Assembly (NCBI GenBank): GCA_963666835.2
Contig: CAXXGO010000001.1
Coordinates: 1,760,001-1,824,000 of the forward strand
Source of the DNA: Phycisphaerae bacterium
GTDB taxonomy: Bacteria; Planctomycetota; Phycisphaerae; UBA1845
Length of the DNA stretch: 64,000 nt
Reading direction: 5' to 3'
The notes below the pieces were generated by a model, which saw only the letters and a list, made by a program, of their open reading frames with translations, made no database searches and was not told where the DNA came from. This document shows, one piece after another, positions 1 to 10,155 of this stretch (its first letter is position 1; each line of letters opens with the position of its first letter). The position numbers and the translations under genes are program-made.

Positions 1-1374
1 CGGACCGTTGCCGATGTAGGTCATCGCCCCCATGAACACCGCTCCCAGCGAGATGGCTACCAGCATGCCCTTCAAGATCATGCCACCGTCGGCCAGGGCC
101 ACCACGTTGGTCGCCCCCTCCGGTGTCATTGTTGTAGCAGTCTCGAAGAAGACCACGTAGGTCGGCGCGTTGTCCAGGAAGCTCGATAAGGCTCCGGTTG
201 CCCAATAGAACCGCATGGGCGAACTCAGCAGCGGTTCCAAGGTCGCCCCGCTGGCCCGGAGAATCTCGATCGGAGCCTGCATGCAGATGAAGATCCCGAT
301 GAACAGCGCCGCGACCTCCAAAATTGCATGGTAGTTGAACTGGTTGTCCTCTCGGATCTTCTTACTGGTCCACTTCAGCGAGAACACGACCAGAAGCAGC
401 ATGAGTAGTTCCCGCATGAATGGGAACACCTTGAAGCCCAGCACGGGGAACTCCTCGCCCGGCTTGACCATTCCGACGCAGAGCACGACGCCGAGCAGCC
501 ATAGGAGGTTCAGCTTGCCGGACAAACGCAGCTTCGTTCGCTCCGTCTCGTCCCGCTGGATGTCTTTGGGCGACTCCTTGCGGTAGGCCGTCGTGTCCCA
601 GACGAAGTAGACGATCAGCAGTACGATGCAGGTGACCGCCCAGGGCGCCCACAGCCCCAACGTCCACAGGAAGGGAACTCCCTTCAGGTAGCCCAAAAAC
701 AGCGGCGGATCTCCGATCGGCAAGAGGCAGCCCCCGATGTTGCTAACCAAAAAGATGAAGAAGATCACCGTATGCTTGACGTGCTTTCGCTCGGAGTTCG
801 TCTGCAACAGCGGGCGGATCAGAAGCATGCTGGCGCCGGTCGTTCCGATGAAGCTGGCAATTCCCGCCCCCACGGCCAAAAACGCTGTGTTCGTGCCCGG
901 GTGGGCCGCGAGGTCACCTTTAAGCGAGATTCCCCCGCTTATCACATACAGCGAGAACAGCAGCACAATGAAGGGAATATATTCCGCCAGAACGGCGTGT
1001 TCGAGGATGCTGACGACCTTGCCCGCGCCGTAGGAGAGCAAGTAGTACGTCAGGGTAATCGCGCCGAAGCAGAGGGCTACGACAAGTCGATTCTGGTTGC
1101 TCTCCCACCAATGCTCGGTAGCTCCGATCAGCGGCAGAATGGCAATCGCCAATAACAGCCCGGCAAACGGGATGATGGACCACATCGCCGGCGCGTGCGC
1201 ATGAGCATGTCCTGCGGCTTCGTGATGGCCACCGCCGTGGCTGGTAAACGAGGTGTGCATCAGCAACGCCAGTCCGATGACTGCCAGGCCGATCGCCGCC
1301 CACTGCAAACCGGAGAGCTTCACCGGATGATGATGAGAATCGTGCATATCAGACATGCTTAAGCTGGCATCCAC
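1..1374 (-). CDS. Putative sodium:proton antiporter / CitMHS_2-type membrane transporter (3' end runs off the window)
   Basis: Not in ORF track. Manual translation is open from GTG 1374 (AAGGAG upstream; alternative ATG 1356) to position 1, with motifs ASFIGTTGASMLLIRP, NIGGCLLPIGDPPLFLG, LSSFLDNAPTY, GAMTYIGNGP, many TM helices and a His-rich N-terminal loop. Confidence 0.85.
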   Translation of the reverse strand, partial: MDASLSMSDMHDSHHHPVKLSGLQWAAIGLAVIGLALLMHTSFTSHGGGHHEAAGHAHAHAPAMWSIIPFAGLLLAIAILPLIGATEHWWESNQNRLVVALCFGAITLTYYLLSYGAGKVVSILEHAVLAEYIPFIVLLFSLYVISGGISLKGDLAAHPGTNTAFLAVGAGIASFIGTTGASMLLIRPLLQTNSERKHVKHTVIFFIFLVSNIGGCLLPIGDPPLFLGYLKGVPFLWTLGLWAPWAVTCIVLLIVYFVWDTTAYRKESPKDIQRDETERTKLRLSGKLNLLWLLGVVLCVGMVKPGEEFPVLGFKVFPFMRELLMLLLVVFSLKWTSKKIREDNQFNYHAILEVAALFIGIFICMQAPIEILRASGATLEPLLSSPMRFYWATGALSSFLDNAPTYVVFFETATTMTPEGATNVVALADGGMILKGMLVAISLGAVFMGAMTYIGNGP

Positions 1375-1843
1375 GCTCGTCTACTCCTTCTCTGCCTGCG
1401 GGAAAGGAGGTGCCGCCGACCCGCCGAGTCGGACCGCGTCATCACGACGAGCAAACTGTTATAGAAGCTGACCTTGCCGCGTCGCTGCCGAGCCGGGCAC
1501 ACCCCGAGATTACCGGTTCATCTGTATCGGCAATCGCGGCGACACACATTCCCACTGTCTTGGCGGCTCTCGATAATCCGCCTTCAAGGCCGACCAAGCC
1601 GCGCATTCTGACCGATCCGTTCGTATAAATCCACGGGGTGAAACGAGAAGTTGGTCTGCTCTGCCGATTTAGAATTCGTCCGCCGTCCGGGTCGGTTGAG
1701 GTTCTGCAGGAGGGATCGGGGCGGAGACCGTTTCCGGTTTGACCGGTCACTTGGCCGGTTAATACTTGGGGCGTTGTCTCGTGGTAGTTGAGCTCGTGGG
1801 CTCGGGAATACCCGAACCGGATATCTCGTTGGAGGACCTTCTG

Positions 1844-4246
1844 ATGTGGCGTTGCGGAATATTGGCGATTGTCGTCCTTCTGGTCCCAGGTTGTTTCATC
1901 TTCCCGTGGCTAATCCCGGACGGATCGGGTGGGGATGCAACCGGATCTCCAGAATTGAAACAATTTGAATCAGAACAGGAACTTGGGGAGTATTTGACGG
2001 GACAGATCAAGGCCCGGAACTCTCAAGTTGATGACCTATCTAGGGCGCAGGGTGATTCCGACGACGCTGTGGAAGCGCTGGATGCCCCGAACGCCGATAC
2101 CGGGGCTGTCGACGGGGCTGGCGGTGAGGCCGCGCCGACTGCCGACGCCGAGTCTTCGGACGAGTCCTACTCGCAGACGACGACCCAGGAGGTCGGCGTG
2201 GATGAGGCGGACGTCGTCAAGACCGACGGTTCGTACATCTACACCATCCAGGATGAGATCCTCAGGATTGTTCAGGTCGATCCGCGGGAGGCGCTTAGCG
2301 TAGTCGCTGAAGAGGAGGTGGAGGGCTACGGGCGCGAGCTGTACCTATACGACGGGAAGGTCGTGGTGATTACCGACACCGGCGGTTACTTCCACTATGT
2401 CGGGAGTGTAAGCAACGCGACCGAGCCGGCGGTGGTCGATACCGAAGTGGTCGAAGATCCGGCTGTTGGCGATAGCGGCGAGGGAAGTGCCACGTCCGGT
2501 GACGATGGTGATGCTGATGACGATGACGCGGACGCTGACGAGGGCGATAGCCCCGCGTCCGGTGACGATGGCGATGCTGATGATGACCAGGATGGTGATG
2601 AGGAAGACGACGCGGAAGACCGTGAAGATGATCCGAAGCCGGACGAGGAGACCCCGGACGGAGCGGAGCCGGCGGTCGATCCATACTTCGATGACTACGT
2701 GTATGAACGGCCGCAGACCGTTGTGACGATCTACGACGTGTCGGTGCCGAGTAGCCCGGTCCGCTTGTCCCAGATTTCTTTTGATGGTACGCAGTCCTCG
2801 AGCCGGATGATCGACGGGGTGCTGCATCTGGTGTTGGCCAACTACCAGTCGTACTACTACGACGTGCTCCCCCGACTGGGCAGCGAGGAGTTGGATGTAA
2901 CCGATATCGAGGTCGAGGAGCTGCTTCCGGGGTATTCCAAGATCGACGCCGACGGCGTTGAGACGAGCGGGCAGGTCCTCGGATGGGAGAACATGTACCG
3001 GCCGACCGACCCGGACGGGTTCGGCGTGGTGGTAGTGGTCAGCCTCGACGTGGCGGAGAGGGATGCGGGATTCAGCGCGGCCGGGATCGTTGCGGAACCC
3101 GGGCTCGTCTACTCCTCGCTGGAGGCGCTCTATCTGACGGATACGCAGTGGGACTACTTCGGCAACGAGCGCACGACCACCGACATCTACAAGCTGGACT
3201 ACGAAGGACGCGGCGCGGTGCCGGTGGCCACGGGTTCGGTCTCAGGTCGAGTGCTGAACCAGTACTCTATGGGCGAGTCCGACGGGTTCTTCCGAGTGGC
3301 GACTACCTCCGGTTCGGACTTCTGGTGGGGCGGTTCGGAACAGTCCAACAACGTCTACGTTCTTGAACAGACGGGGGACAGTCTGGTCGTAGCCGGCCGG
3401 ATTGAGGACATTGCTCCGGGTGAGGAGATCATGTCGGCGCGGTTCATCGGTGACCGGGGCTATCTCGTGACGTTCGAGCAGATTGACCCGTTGTTCACCC
3501 TCGATTTGACGAATCCGCGCAATCCGCAGGTTGTTGGTGAACTGAAGGTGCCGGGCTTCTCGACGTTCATCGTGCCGATGGACGACGATCACGTGCTGAC
3601 CGTAGGGCAATACATCCCGGAGGATGAGTGGAGCTGGGCGTGGGGCGTGCAGCTTTCCATCTTCGACGTTTCCGACTTCGCGAACCCGACCCTCAGCCAT
3701 AAGGTTGTAGTAGGCGAGGATGGCGGTGCCACGTCGGAGGCCCTCTACAATCCGAAGGCGTTTACCTACTATGCCGCGGAAGGACTGATCGCGCTGCCCG
3801 TCCAGTTGTATGGCTATGTGGACATCTTCCTGGACGAGGACGGTGCCGTCACTGATAACGATGTCGCGGTGGACGTTGAGCCGGACGAGGGGCAGGCGGA
3901 TTCCGACGACGATGTTGTCACCGAACCCGCCGTGTCCGTTGATACGATCGCCGCTGAGAATGACGAGTTCATCGGTGTGGTGGTCTATCGAGTATCCGCC
4001 GAGGCCGGGTTTGAAGAGCTTGGCCGGATCGATACGCAGTACTACGACTACTGGTACTACTGGACCCCGTTCACCAGAGGGGTGTTTATCGAGGACGATG
4101 TCTTCGCAGTTACCAGTGAGGGCGTCCGGGGAGCACCGGTGAGCGACATCGCCAGCTTGCCCTACGAGTTGATCTTCGATACGGAAGAGACCGAAGAACC
4201 CGAGGCGGTTTCGCCGGAAGATGAAAGCGTTTCGGATGTGGAATAA
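1844..4246 (+). CDS. Secreted beta-propeller domain protein (Beta_propel-like) with long acidic insertions
   Basis: Motifs SQTTTQEVGVDEADVVKTDG, GRVLNQYSMGE, ARFIGDRGYLVTFEQIDPLF, GELKVPGFS; lipoprotein-like signal ending LVPGC; GGAGGA RBS before ATG 1844. Confidence 0.85.
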   Translation: MWRCGILAIVVLLVPGCFIFPWLIPDGSGGDATGSPELKQFESEQELGEYLTGQIKARNSQVDDLSRAQGDSDDAVEALDAPNADTGAVDGAGGEAAPTADAESSDESYSQTTTQEVGVDEADVVKTDGSYIYTIQDEILRIVQVDPREALSVVAEEEVEGYGRELYLYDGKVVVITDTGGYFHYVGSVSNATEPAVVDTEVVEDPAVGDSGEGSATSGDDGDADDDDADADEGDSPASGDDGDADDDQDGDEEDDAEDREDDPKPDEETPDGAEPAVDPYFDDYVYERPQTVVTIYDVSVPSSPVRLSQISFDGTQSSSRMIDGVLHLVLANYQSYYYDVLPRLGSEELDVTDIEVEELLPGYSKIDADGVETSGQVLGWENMYRPTDPDGFGVVVVVSLDVAERDAGFSAAGIVAEPGLVYSSLEALYLTDTQWDYFGNERTTTDIYKLDYEGRGAVPVATGSVSGRVLNQYSMGESDGFFRVATTSGSDFWWGGSEQSNNVYVLEQTGDSLVVAGRIEDIAPGEEIMSARFIGDRGYLVTFEQIDPLFTLDLTNPRNPQVVGELKVPGFSTFIVPMDDDHVLTVGQYIPEDEWSWAWGVQLSIFDVSDFANPTLSHKVVVGEDGGATSEALYNPKAFTYYAAEGLIALPVQLYGYVDIFLDEDGAVTDNDVAVDVEPDEGQADSDDDVVTEPAVSVDTIAAENDEFIGVVVYRVSAEAGFEELGRIDTQYYDYWYYWTPFTRGVFIEDDVFAVTSEGVRGAPVSDIASLPYELIFDTEETEEPEAVSPEDESVSDVE

Positions 4247-4500
4247 CCTCTGACCTCCTGTGACCGACTGCGCGGTGCTCCCCGACGGCGTCTAAGCGTC
4301 GGGTTGAGCACCGCGTTGTCGTTTGCGGGAATCGCACCCTCCCGGCAAGGGCGAGCGACGTCGTGTCGCCGCCTGCAACGGGACATCCCGGCATTGCCCG
4401 ATTCTTCTCCACACCCCAGATACAAAATGCCCGCCTCAGCGTATCATCGCGGCCGCAGATGGTCTGCAGAGTTCGGTACCTGATGACAGTGTCGCGGACA

Positions 4501-5442
4501 ATGCAAAATAATGCCGACGACGCCTCGACGGCGCGGACCGGAGTGGCGTACGGACTGGCGGCCTTCCTCTGGTGGGGGATGGTCCCCGTCTATTTCAAGG
4601 CGGTTTCCCACGTTCCCCCCGGGGAGGTGCTTGCTCATCGGATCATCTGGTCGGTGGTGCTGCTGGTCCTTATGATGCGGTTCCAGGGTCGACACGGGGC
4701 CGGCCCGGCGGCTCTGCGGGATCGGTCAACTCTGATCACGCTTTTGGTAACAACACTTCTGATTGCCCTGAACTGGTTCGTTTTCATCTGGGCGGTGGAT
4801 AATGGCCAGCTTCTCGAAGCCAGCCTCGGCTATTTCATCAACCCTTTGGTGAATGTGTTGCTCGGGGTCGTCTTTCTGCGAGAGCGTTTGCGCAAATGGC
4901 AGACGATCAGCGTGCTGCTGGCAGCTCTGGCGGTTGGATATCTGACGGTGACTCACGGCCGACTGCCGTTAGTCGCCTTGGTTCTGGCCGGTTCCTTCGG
5001 GTTCTACGGCCTGCTCCGTAAGACCGCCAAAGTTGATGCGCTGGTGGGGCTGACGGTGGAGACAACTCTGTTGTTTCCACTGGCGTTGGCGTATCTGGGC
5101 TTGCAGGCCTGGCGCCACGAGTGCGTGTTCGCAACAGTGTCACGCGGGACGGATCTTCTCCTTATGGCCGGTGGGATCGTGACGGCCGTTCCGTTGTTGT
5201 GGTTCGCGAACGCTGCACGGAGACTCCGGCTGTCGACAATCGGCTTCATGCAGTACATTGCCCCGACCGGACAGTTCCTGTTGGCCGTGATGGCTTTCGG
5301 TGAGAGTTTCACGCGGGCCCACCTGATCAGCTTCGTCGTGATCTGGTCGGCCTTGGTTATCTACTCTGTTGATACCGCGGCGCAAGCACCGGCAAAGCGC
5401 CGACCCAGCGCCGAATCACCGGAGCCTGCGGACGCTCGTTGA
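4501..5442 (+). CDS. rarD: EamA/DMT family transporter RarD
   Basis: EVLAHRIIWS, EASLGYFINPLVNVLLG, GFMQYIAPT motifs; start uncertain (4482-4501). Confidence 0.9.
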   Translation: MQNNADDASTARTGVAYGLAAFLWWGMVPVYFKAVSHVPPGEVLAHRIIWSVVLLVLMMRFQGRHGAGPAALRDRSTLITLLVTTLLIALNWFVFIWAVDNGQLLEASLGYFINPLVNVLLGVVFLRERLRKWQTISVLLAALAVGYLTVTHGRLPLVALVLAGSFGFYGLLRKTAKVDALVGLTVETTLLFPLALAYLGLQAWRHECVFATVSRGTDLLLMAGGIVTAVPLLWFANAARRLRLSTIGFMQYIAPTGQFLLAVMAFGESFTRAHLISFVVIWSALVIYSVDTAAQAPAKRRPSAESPEPADAR

Positions 5443-5475
5443 CCTTGAGACGGTCAGCGGAGCGGCTCGGCTCGG

Positions 5476-7299
5476 TCACTCTACCGTTACGCTTTTGGCC
5501 AGATTACGCGGCTTATCCACGTTGCAGCCGCGTAGGACGGCCGCGTGGTACGCGATAAGCTGTAACGGGATAGCGGTGAGAAGCGGCTGCAGCGGCTCGA
5601 GGGTGTCGGGGACGTACAGCACGTGGTCTGCTACATGGGCTATTTCCGTATCGCCCTCGGTGGCGATGGCGATCACACTTCCGCCCCGGCTGCGAACCTC
5701 GGAGATGTTGTTGAGGATCTTTCCGTACTGGGTCCCCGCGGTCGCGATGACTACGACGGGCATCCCTTCGGTGATCAGCGCGATCGGGCCGTGTTTCATC
5801 TCGGCGGCGGGCAGCCCCTCGGCATGGATGTAGCTGATCTCCTTCAGTTTGAGAGCTCCCTCGAGCGCTACGGGGTAGTTGTACCCCCGGCCGAGATACA
5901 GCCAGTTGTCCCGCTCGACGTACCGCTCGGCAACGGCCTTGGCTTCGTCGGCATGCTTCAAAAGGTGACGCATCTGGTCCGGGATCCGCGAAAGCGCCGT
6001 GATGAACTGGGTTGCCGAGGTCGGAGAAAGGTGCTTTCGCCGCCCCAGATGGCACGCGATTAGACTGAGCACCGCCAATTGTCCCGTGAACGCTTTCGTG
6101 CTGGCTACTCCGATCTCCGGGCCGACGTGCAGGTAGACGCCGGCGTCCGACTCGCGGGCAATGGAAGAGCCGACGACGTTCACCACGCCGAGGGTTAACG
6201 CTCCCCGCTCTTTCGCCTCGGTTAGCGCAGCGTAGGTGTCGGCCGTTTCGCCACTTTGGGAGATGGCGACGACTACGGTTCCGTCGTCGATGATCGGGTT
6301 GCGATATCTGAATTCGCTGGCGTATTCAGTCTCGGTCGGCACTCGGGCCAGTTCTTCGAACAAGTACTCACCGACCAGACCGGCATGCCAGGCGGTGCCG
6401 CACGCAGTCATGATGATGTGCTTGGCCCGGGTCAACTCGCGCGCGCAATCGACGAGTCCGCCCAGATGAACCGCCCCCTCGCGGAGATCGATTCGCCCTC
6501 GCAGGCAAGTCTCCAGGGCCGCCGGTTGCTCGAATATCTCCTTGAGCATGAAATGGTCGTAACCCGCCAGCTCGATCTGCTCGAGGGACCACTCGATCTC
6601 CTGAACGTCACGAGCAACCGGAGCGGCGTCGAGCGTGGTCAGGCGCAGATCGTCGGCTGTCATTCGGACCATTTCCCCGTCCCCGAGGTAGATGACCTGA
6701 GTCGTGTGAGCCAGCACCGCGGCCGCATCGGATGCGAGGAGGTTCTCTCCCTTCCCAACGCCGATGATAAGCGGGCTGCCCTGACGCGCCGCGATGATGA
6801 CGTCCGGCTCGTCCGCCGAGACGACGGCAATCCCATACGTTCCCGTCACCTCGCGCAAAGCCTGCCGAACCGCCAGCTCCAGATCACCGTCATAAAAGTG
6901 GGCGATCAGTTGAGCGAGGACCTCGGTGTCGGTCTCGCTCCGGAACTTCACACCGCGTTGTTCTAAATAAGTACGCAACGCGCGGTCGTTTTCTATGATC
7001 CCGTTGTGGATAACCGCGATCTTCCCTGAGCTGTCCTGATGAGGATGGGCGTTTATGTCCGTCGGGGCGCCATGTGTGGCCCAGCGAGTGTGGCCCAATC
7101 CGCGCGTGTGCTCGTCGCTATAATCCACGATCCGCTCAAGAGCGGAGATCCGCCCAGCGGACTTGGTAACCCTGACGCCGTTCTCGTCGACCAAGGCCAC
7201 GCCGGCGGAATCGTAGCCCCGGTACTCCAGGCGGCGAAGTCCTTCCATGAGGATCGGCAGAGCCGGTTTGCGGCCGATGTACCCGATAATCCCACACAT
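5476..7299 (-). CDS. glmS: Glutamine--fructose-6-phosphate aminotransferase
   Basis: MCGIIG N-terminus, EYRGYDSAG, HTRWATHG, C-terminal DKPRNLAKSVTVE. Confidence 0.98.
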   Translation of the reverse strand: MCGIIGYIGRKPALPILMEGLRRLEYRGYDSAGVALVDENGVRVTKSAGRISALERIVDYSDEHTRGLGHTRWATHGAPTDINAHPHQDSSGKIAVIHNGIIENDRALRTYLEQRGVKFRSETDTEVLAQLIAHFYDGDLELAVRQALREVTGTYGIAVVSADEPDVIIAARQGSPLIIGVGKGENLLASDAAAVLAHTTQVIYLGDGEMVRMTADDLRLTTLDAAPVARDVQEIEWSLEQIELAGYDHFMLKEIFEQPAALETCLRGRIDLREGAVHLGGLVDCARELTRAKHIIMTACGTAWHAGLVGEYLFEELARVPTETEYASEFRYRNPIIDDGTVVVAISQSGETADTYAALTEAKERGALTLGVVNVVGSSIARESDAGVYLHVGPEIGVASTKAFTGQLAVLSLIACHLGRRKHLSPTSATQFITALSRIPDQMRHLLKHADEAKAVAERYVERDNWLYLGRGYNYPVALEGALKLKEISYIHAEGLPAAEMKHGPIALITEGMPVVVIATAGTQYGKILNNISEVRSRGGSVIAIATEGDTEIAHVADHVLYVPDTLEPLQPLLTAIPLQLIAYHAAVLRGCNVDKPRNLAKSVTVE

Positions 7300-7532
7300 A
7301 AGCTGCTCCTCACCGTTGGTTCGCTCCGGACCGAACGGGGCCGGAAGGTCGACGCGTTTCGGCCGGGGTCAGTACGCTCCCCGGTCCTCGGCCCGCACTT
7401 ATTATCGGCACACGGGTGCTCGAACGCAAAGACGGCGATCCAGGGCCTGGAAAGCGGACTGTGGCCGTTCCGGGGCACCCCGCGACGAACGCCGGCCGAA
7501 GTCTTATAATCCCGCTACTAGGGAGCACGAAA

Positions 7533-8867
7533 CTGGACCTTTTTGCCGACCAACGCCGAGATAACCGAAACCGGGCCGAACCGCTGGCCGTGCGTATGCG
7601 GCCCGTGACGCTGGACGAATTCGTCGGGCAAGGGGCGTTTGTCGGCGAAGGGAAGCTCCTGCGGAGGATGCTGGAGGCCGACCGGATCGCCAGCGCGCTG
7701 TTCTATGGCCCGCCCGGTTCAGGCAAGACCACGCTGGCTGGGATCATTGCCGCCACCACCCAGGCGCAGTTTGAGCAGGTGAACGCCGCTTCGGTCGGCG
7801 TGCGAGAGATTCGGGCGGTGCTCGCCGCCGCCCGTGATCGCCTCGAAGTCAGCGGCCGGCGTACCATCCTCTTCGTGGACGAGCTTCATCGTTTCAACCG
7901 CGCCCAGCAAGATGTGCTGCTCAACGATGTGGAGGACGGAGTGGTCATCCTGATCGGGGCCACGACGGAGAATCCGTTCTTTGCGGTCAACACCCCTCTT
8001 ATCTCGCGCAGCCAGATCTTCCGGTTCGAGCCGTTGTCGGAGGACGACATCAAGGCCCTCATGGCTCGGGCGCTCAGTGACGCCGACCGCGGGTTGGGAG
8101 AATTCCGTGCGAAGTTGACCGAGGAGGCGGCCGACCACCTGGCGGTGGTATCGGACGGGGATGCCCGGCGGGCCTTGACGGCCCTGGAGATTGCGGTGCT
8201 TTCTCAGGCGGACCGGGCGGGTGGCGAAGATGTCGTGGTCGATTTGCAGGTGGCGGCGGAGTCCATCCAGAGGAAGGCGCTGGCATACGATTCCGCCGGC
8301 GATTCTCACTACGATTCGATCAGCGCTTTGATCAAGTCCATCCGAGGGAGTGATCCGGACGCGGCGGTGTACTGGTTGGCGAGGATGTTGGAGGCGGGGG
8401 AGGATCCCCGGTTTGTCGCCCGGCGAGTCGTGATCAGCGCGGCCGAAGATATCGGTAATGCCGATCCGCAGGGTCTGGTACTTGCCCAGGCGGCGGCGGA
8501 TGCGACAATGCTGGTGGGTATGCCTGAGTGTCAGATCCTTCTGGCTCAGGCGGTTACCTACTTGGCGTGTGCTCCCAAGTCGAACTCCGCGGCGGCGGCA
8601 ATCTGGGCGGCGGCGGAAGATGTTCGATCGGGGCGAACGGTTCCGGTTCCCCGGCATCTGCGATCGACCGGATACGCCGGTGCGGCGGTGCTCGGATCGG
8701 GCGAGGGGTACCGGTATCCCCACGACGCCAAAGACGCTATAGTGGCCCAGGAGTATCTGGGCGTAGACCGGGAGTATTACACCCCGAGTGATCGTGGTGC
8801 CGAGGCGGCAATGCGAACGTACCTCGATAAGGTGCGTCGGCAACGCCGGGACACGAGCGACGCCTAG
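7533..8867 (+). CDS. rarA: Replication-associated recombination protein A (MgsA/RarA AAA+ ATPase)
   Basis: PLAVRMRP, GPPGSGKTT, DELHRFN, GATTENP, KSIRGSDPDAA; start uncertain (CTG 7533 behind GGGAG, or ATG 7596). Confidence 0.93.
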   Translation: MDLFADQRRDNRNRAEPLAVRMRPVTLDEFVGQGAFVGEGKLLRRMLEADRIASALFYGPPGSGKTTLAGIIAATTQAQFEQVNAASVGVREIRAVLAAARDRLEVSGRRTILFVDELHRFNRAQQDVLLNDVEDGVVILIGATTENPFFAVNTPLISRSQIFRFEPLSEDDIKALMARALSDADRGLGEFRAKLTEEAADHLAVVSDGDARRALTALEIAVLSQADRAGGEDVVVDLQVAAESIQRKALAYDSAGDSHYDSISALIKSIRGSDPDAAVYWLARMLEAGEDPRFVARRVVISAAEDIGNADPQGLVLAQAAADATMLVGMPECQILLAQAVTYLACAPKSNSAAAAIWAAAEDVRSGRTVPVPRHLRSTGYAGAAVLGSGEGYRYPHDAKDAIVAQEYLGVDREYYTPSDRGAEAAMRTYLDKVRRQRRDTSDA

Positions 8868-8899
8868 GGGTCTACCGTAACTGCGCACGGGCGATTGCG

Positions 8900-9472
8900 T
8901 TGGCTGTAAAGAAAGAAACCCGAAACCGCATCCGGGCATTGTTGGCACAGCTCAGCCCGGACGAAATAAGCACGCGGTCACTGAGGGCATGCCACCGGCT
9001 GTTCGAGCAGCCTGAGTATGTCAAGGCGGAAGTGATCATGGTGTTCGTTGCGCTTGCCAACGAGATCGACACCGGCCCGCTGGTTCTGCGCGCCTGGCAA
9101 GACCAGAAACGCGTGTTGGTGCCGAAGGTCAGTTGGAACCAGCACCGGATGCTCCCGATCGAGATCCGCTCTTTGACCGAGGACCTGATGGTATCACCCA
9201 TGGGGATACGCGAGCCGGCCACCGGTATCCCGTTTCCCATCTCGTTGATTGACCTGGTGGTGTTGCCGGGGTTGGGCTTCGACGAGTACGGCAACCGCCT
9301 GGGTCGCGGTCGCGGTCTCTACGATCGGTTCCTGGCCAACGCCGAGTTCAAGGGGACCGCCTGCGCGTTGGCATTCGACCTGCAATTTGTTCCGAACCTC
9401 CCCGTCGGGCCGCTGGATCGCCAAGTCGACATGCTCGTCACCGACGAGCAGGTGCGTCGCTTCGGTTCGTGA
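8900..9472 (+). CDS. ygfA: 5-formyltetrahydrofolate cyclo-ligase
   Basis: GIREP, DLVVLPGLGFD..GNRLGRGRGLYDRFL, D.QVDMLVT motifs. Confidence 0.93.
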   Translation: MAVKKETRNRIRALLAQLSPDEISTRSLRACHRLFEQPEYVKAEVIMVFVALANEIDTGPLVLRAWQDQKRVLVPKVSWNQHRMLPIEIRSLTEDLMVSPMGIREPATGIPFPISLIDLVVLPGLGFDEYGNRLGRGRGLYDRFLANAEFKGTACALAFDLQFVPNLPVGPLDRQVDMLVTDEQVRRFGS

Positions 9473-9524
9473 ACATCGTCTTGGTTTTGATCGCGTTGCT
9501 CTCCCGTTAGACTCAACTCGGGCC

Positions 9525-10155
9525 AAGTGGCCCGTCCTCTTGAATTCGGCGCGTGTTTCAATCCGTCGAGGGCTGGGTGGCCCGGTCCTCTTGAGTTTGG
9601 CGCGTGCTGTGAATCATCGAGGGTTGTCAGAGCAGGGCGCATCGGCCCCGGGGGAGCCCATGATCCGCGCGTGTTGTCGATAGTGACGCGGTGGTGGCGC
9701 CGCCCGAGTAAGGTAGGGCACGGTCGAGGCACGAGACCTGCCGCGAAGGCGCGCGTCGCGCGGAGGTCTGGGAATGAGGGTGTAATCCGATCGCCGAATC
9801 TGTCGCCCGTTGGGCTTGCCGGTTGGCGCGGACCGTTCCCAGGGGCTCGCGCCCCTGGCTACACACCTTGGCCCCCTTCGGGGCAGGAGCTTTGATCATT
9901 CGCTGTACCCTCAATAAACAGGTGACTGTCCCGGGTTTTGTCGAGAACGCATCGCACAGCGACCGGGCTCGCAAACCCGTAGGGCACGGTCGAGGAACGA
10001 GACCTGCCACAACGGCGCGTTGCGCAGTGATCGCGGCAGGTCTCGTTCCTCGACCATGCCCTACAATGGTTGCGACTCGCTCGTGACGGATGGCGCCGGC
10101 CAAGCGGTGACGCAAGAGAGGTCGCGGCAGGTCTCGTTCCTCGACCATGCCCTAC
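9525..10155. repeat. Mosaic REP/REPIN cluster containing several palindrome families
   Basis: GTAGGGCACGGTCGAGG(A/C)ACGAGACCTGCC at 9713(+), 9979(+), ~10033-10064(-), ~10124-10155(-); two GTGGCCCG..TCCTCTTGA units at ~9527 and ~9577; CCAGGGGCTCGCGCCCCTGG..GCCCCCTTCGGGGC at ~9839-9884. Confidence 0.8.

Noticed and set aside
7300..7500. glmS ribozyme upstream of glmS
   Set aside because: No recognisable conserved ribozyme core in this divergent intergenic region
7480..7510. PafBC-type motif upstream of rarA
   Set aside because: TATAAT is present but there is no TGTCG at the required spacing, and the nearby CGAC has no matching GTCG
8868..8899. 6S RNA expected upstream of ygfA
   Set aside because: Only 32 bp separate rarA and ygfA
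7719..8948. Long antisense ORFs (also 26618-27682, 29059-29991, 38894-40003)
   Set aside because: Shadows of well-supported genes on the opposite strand, expected at high GC
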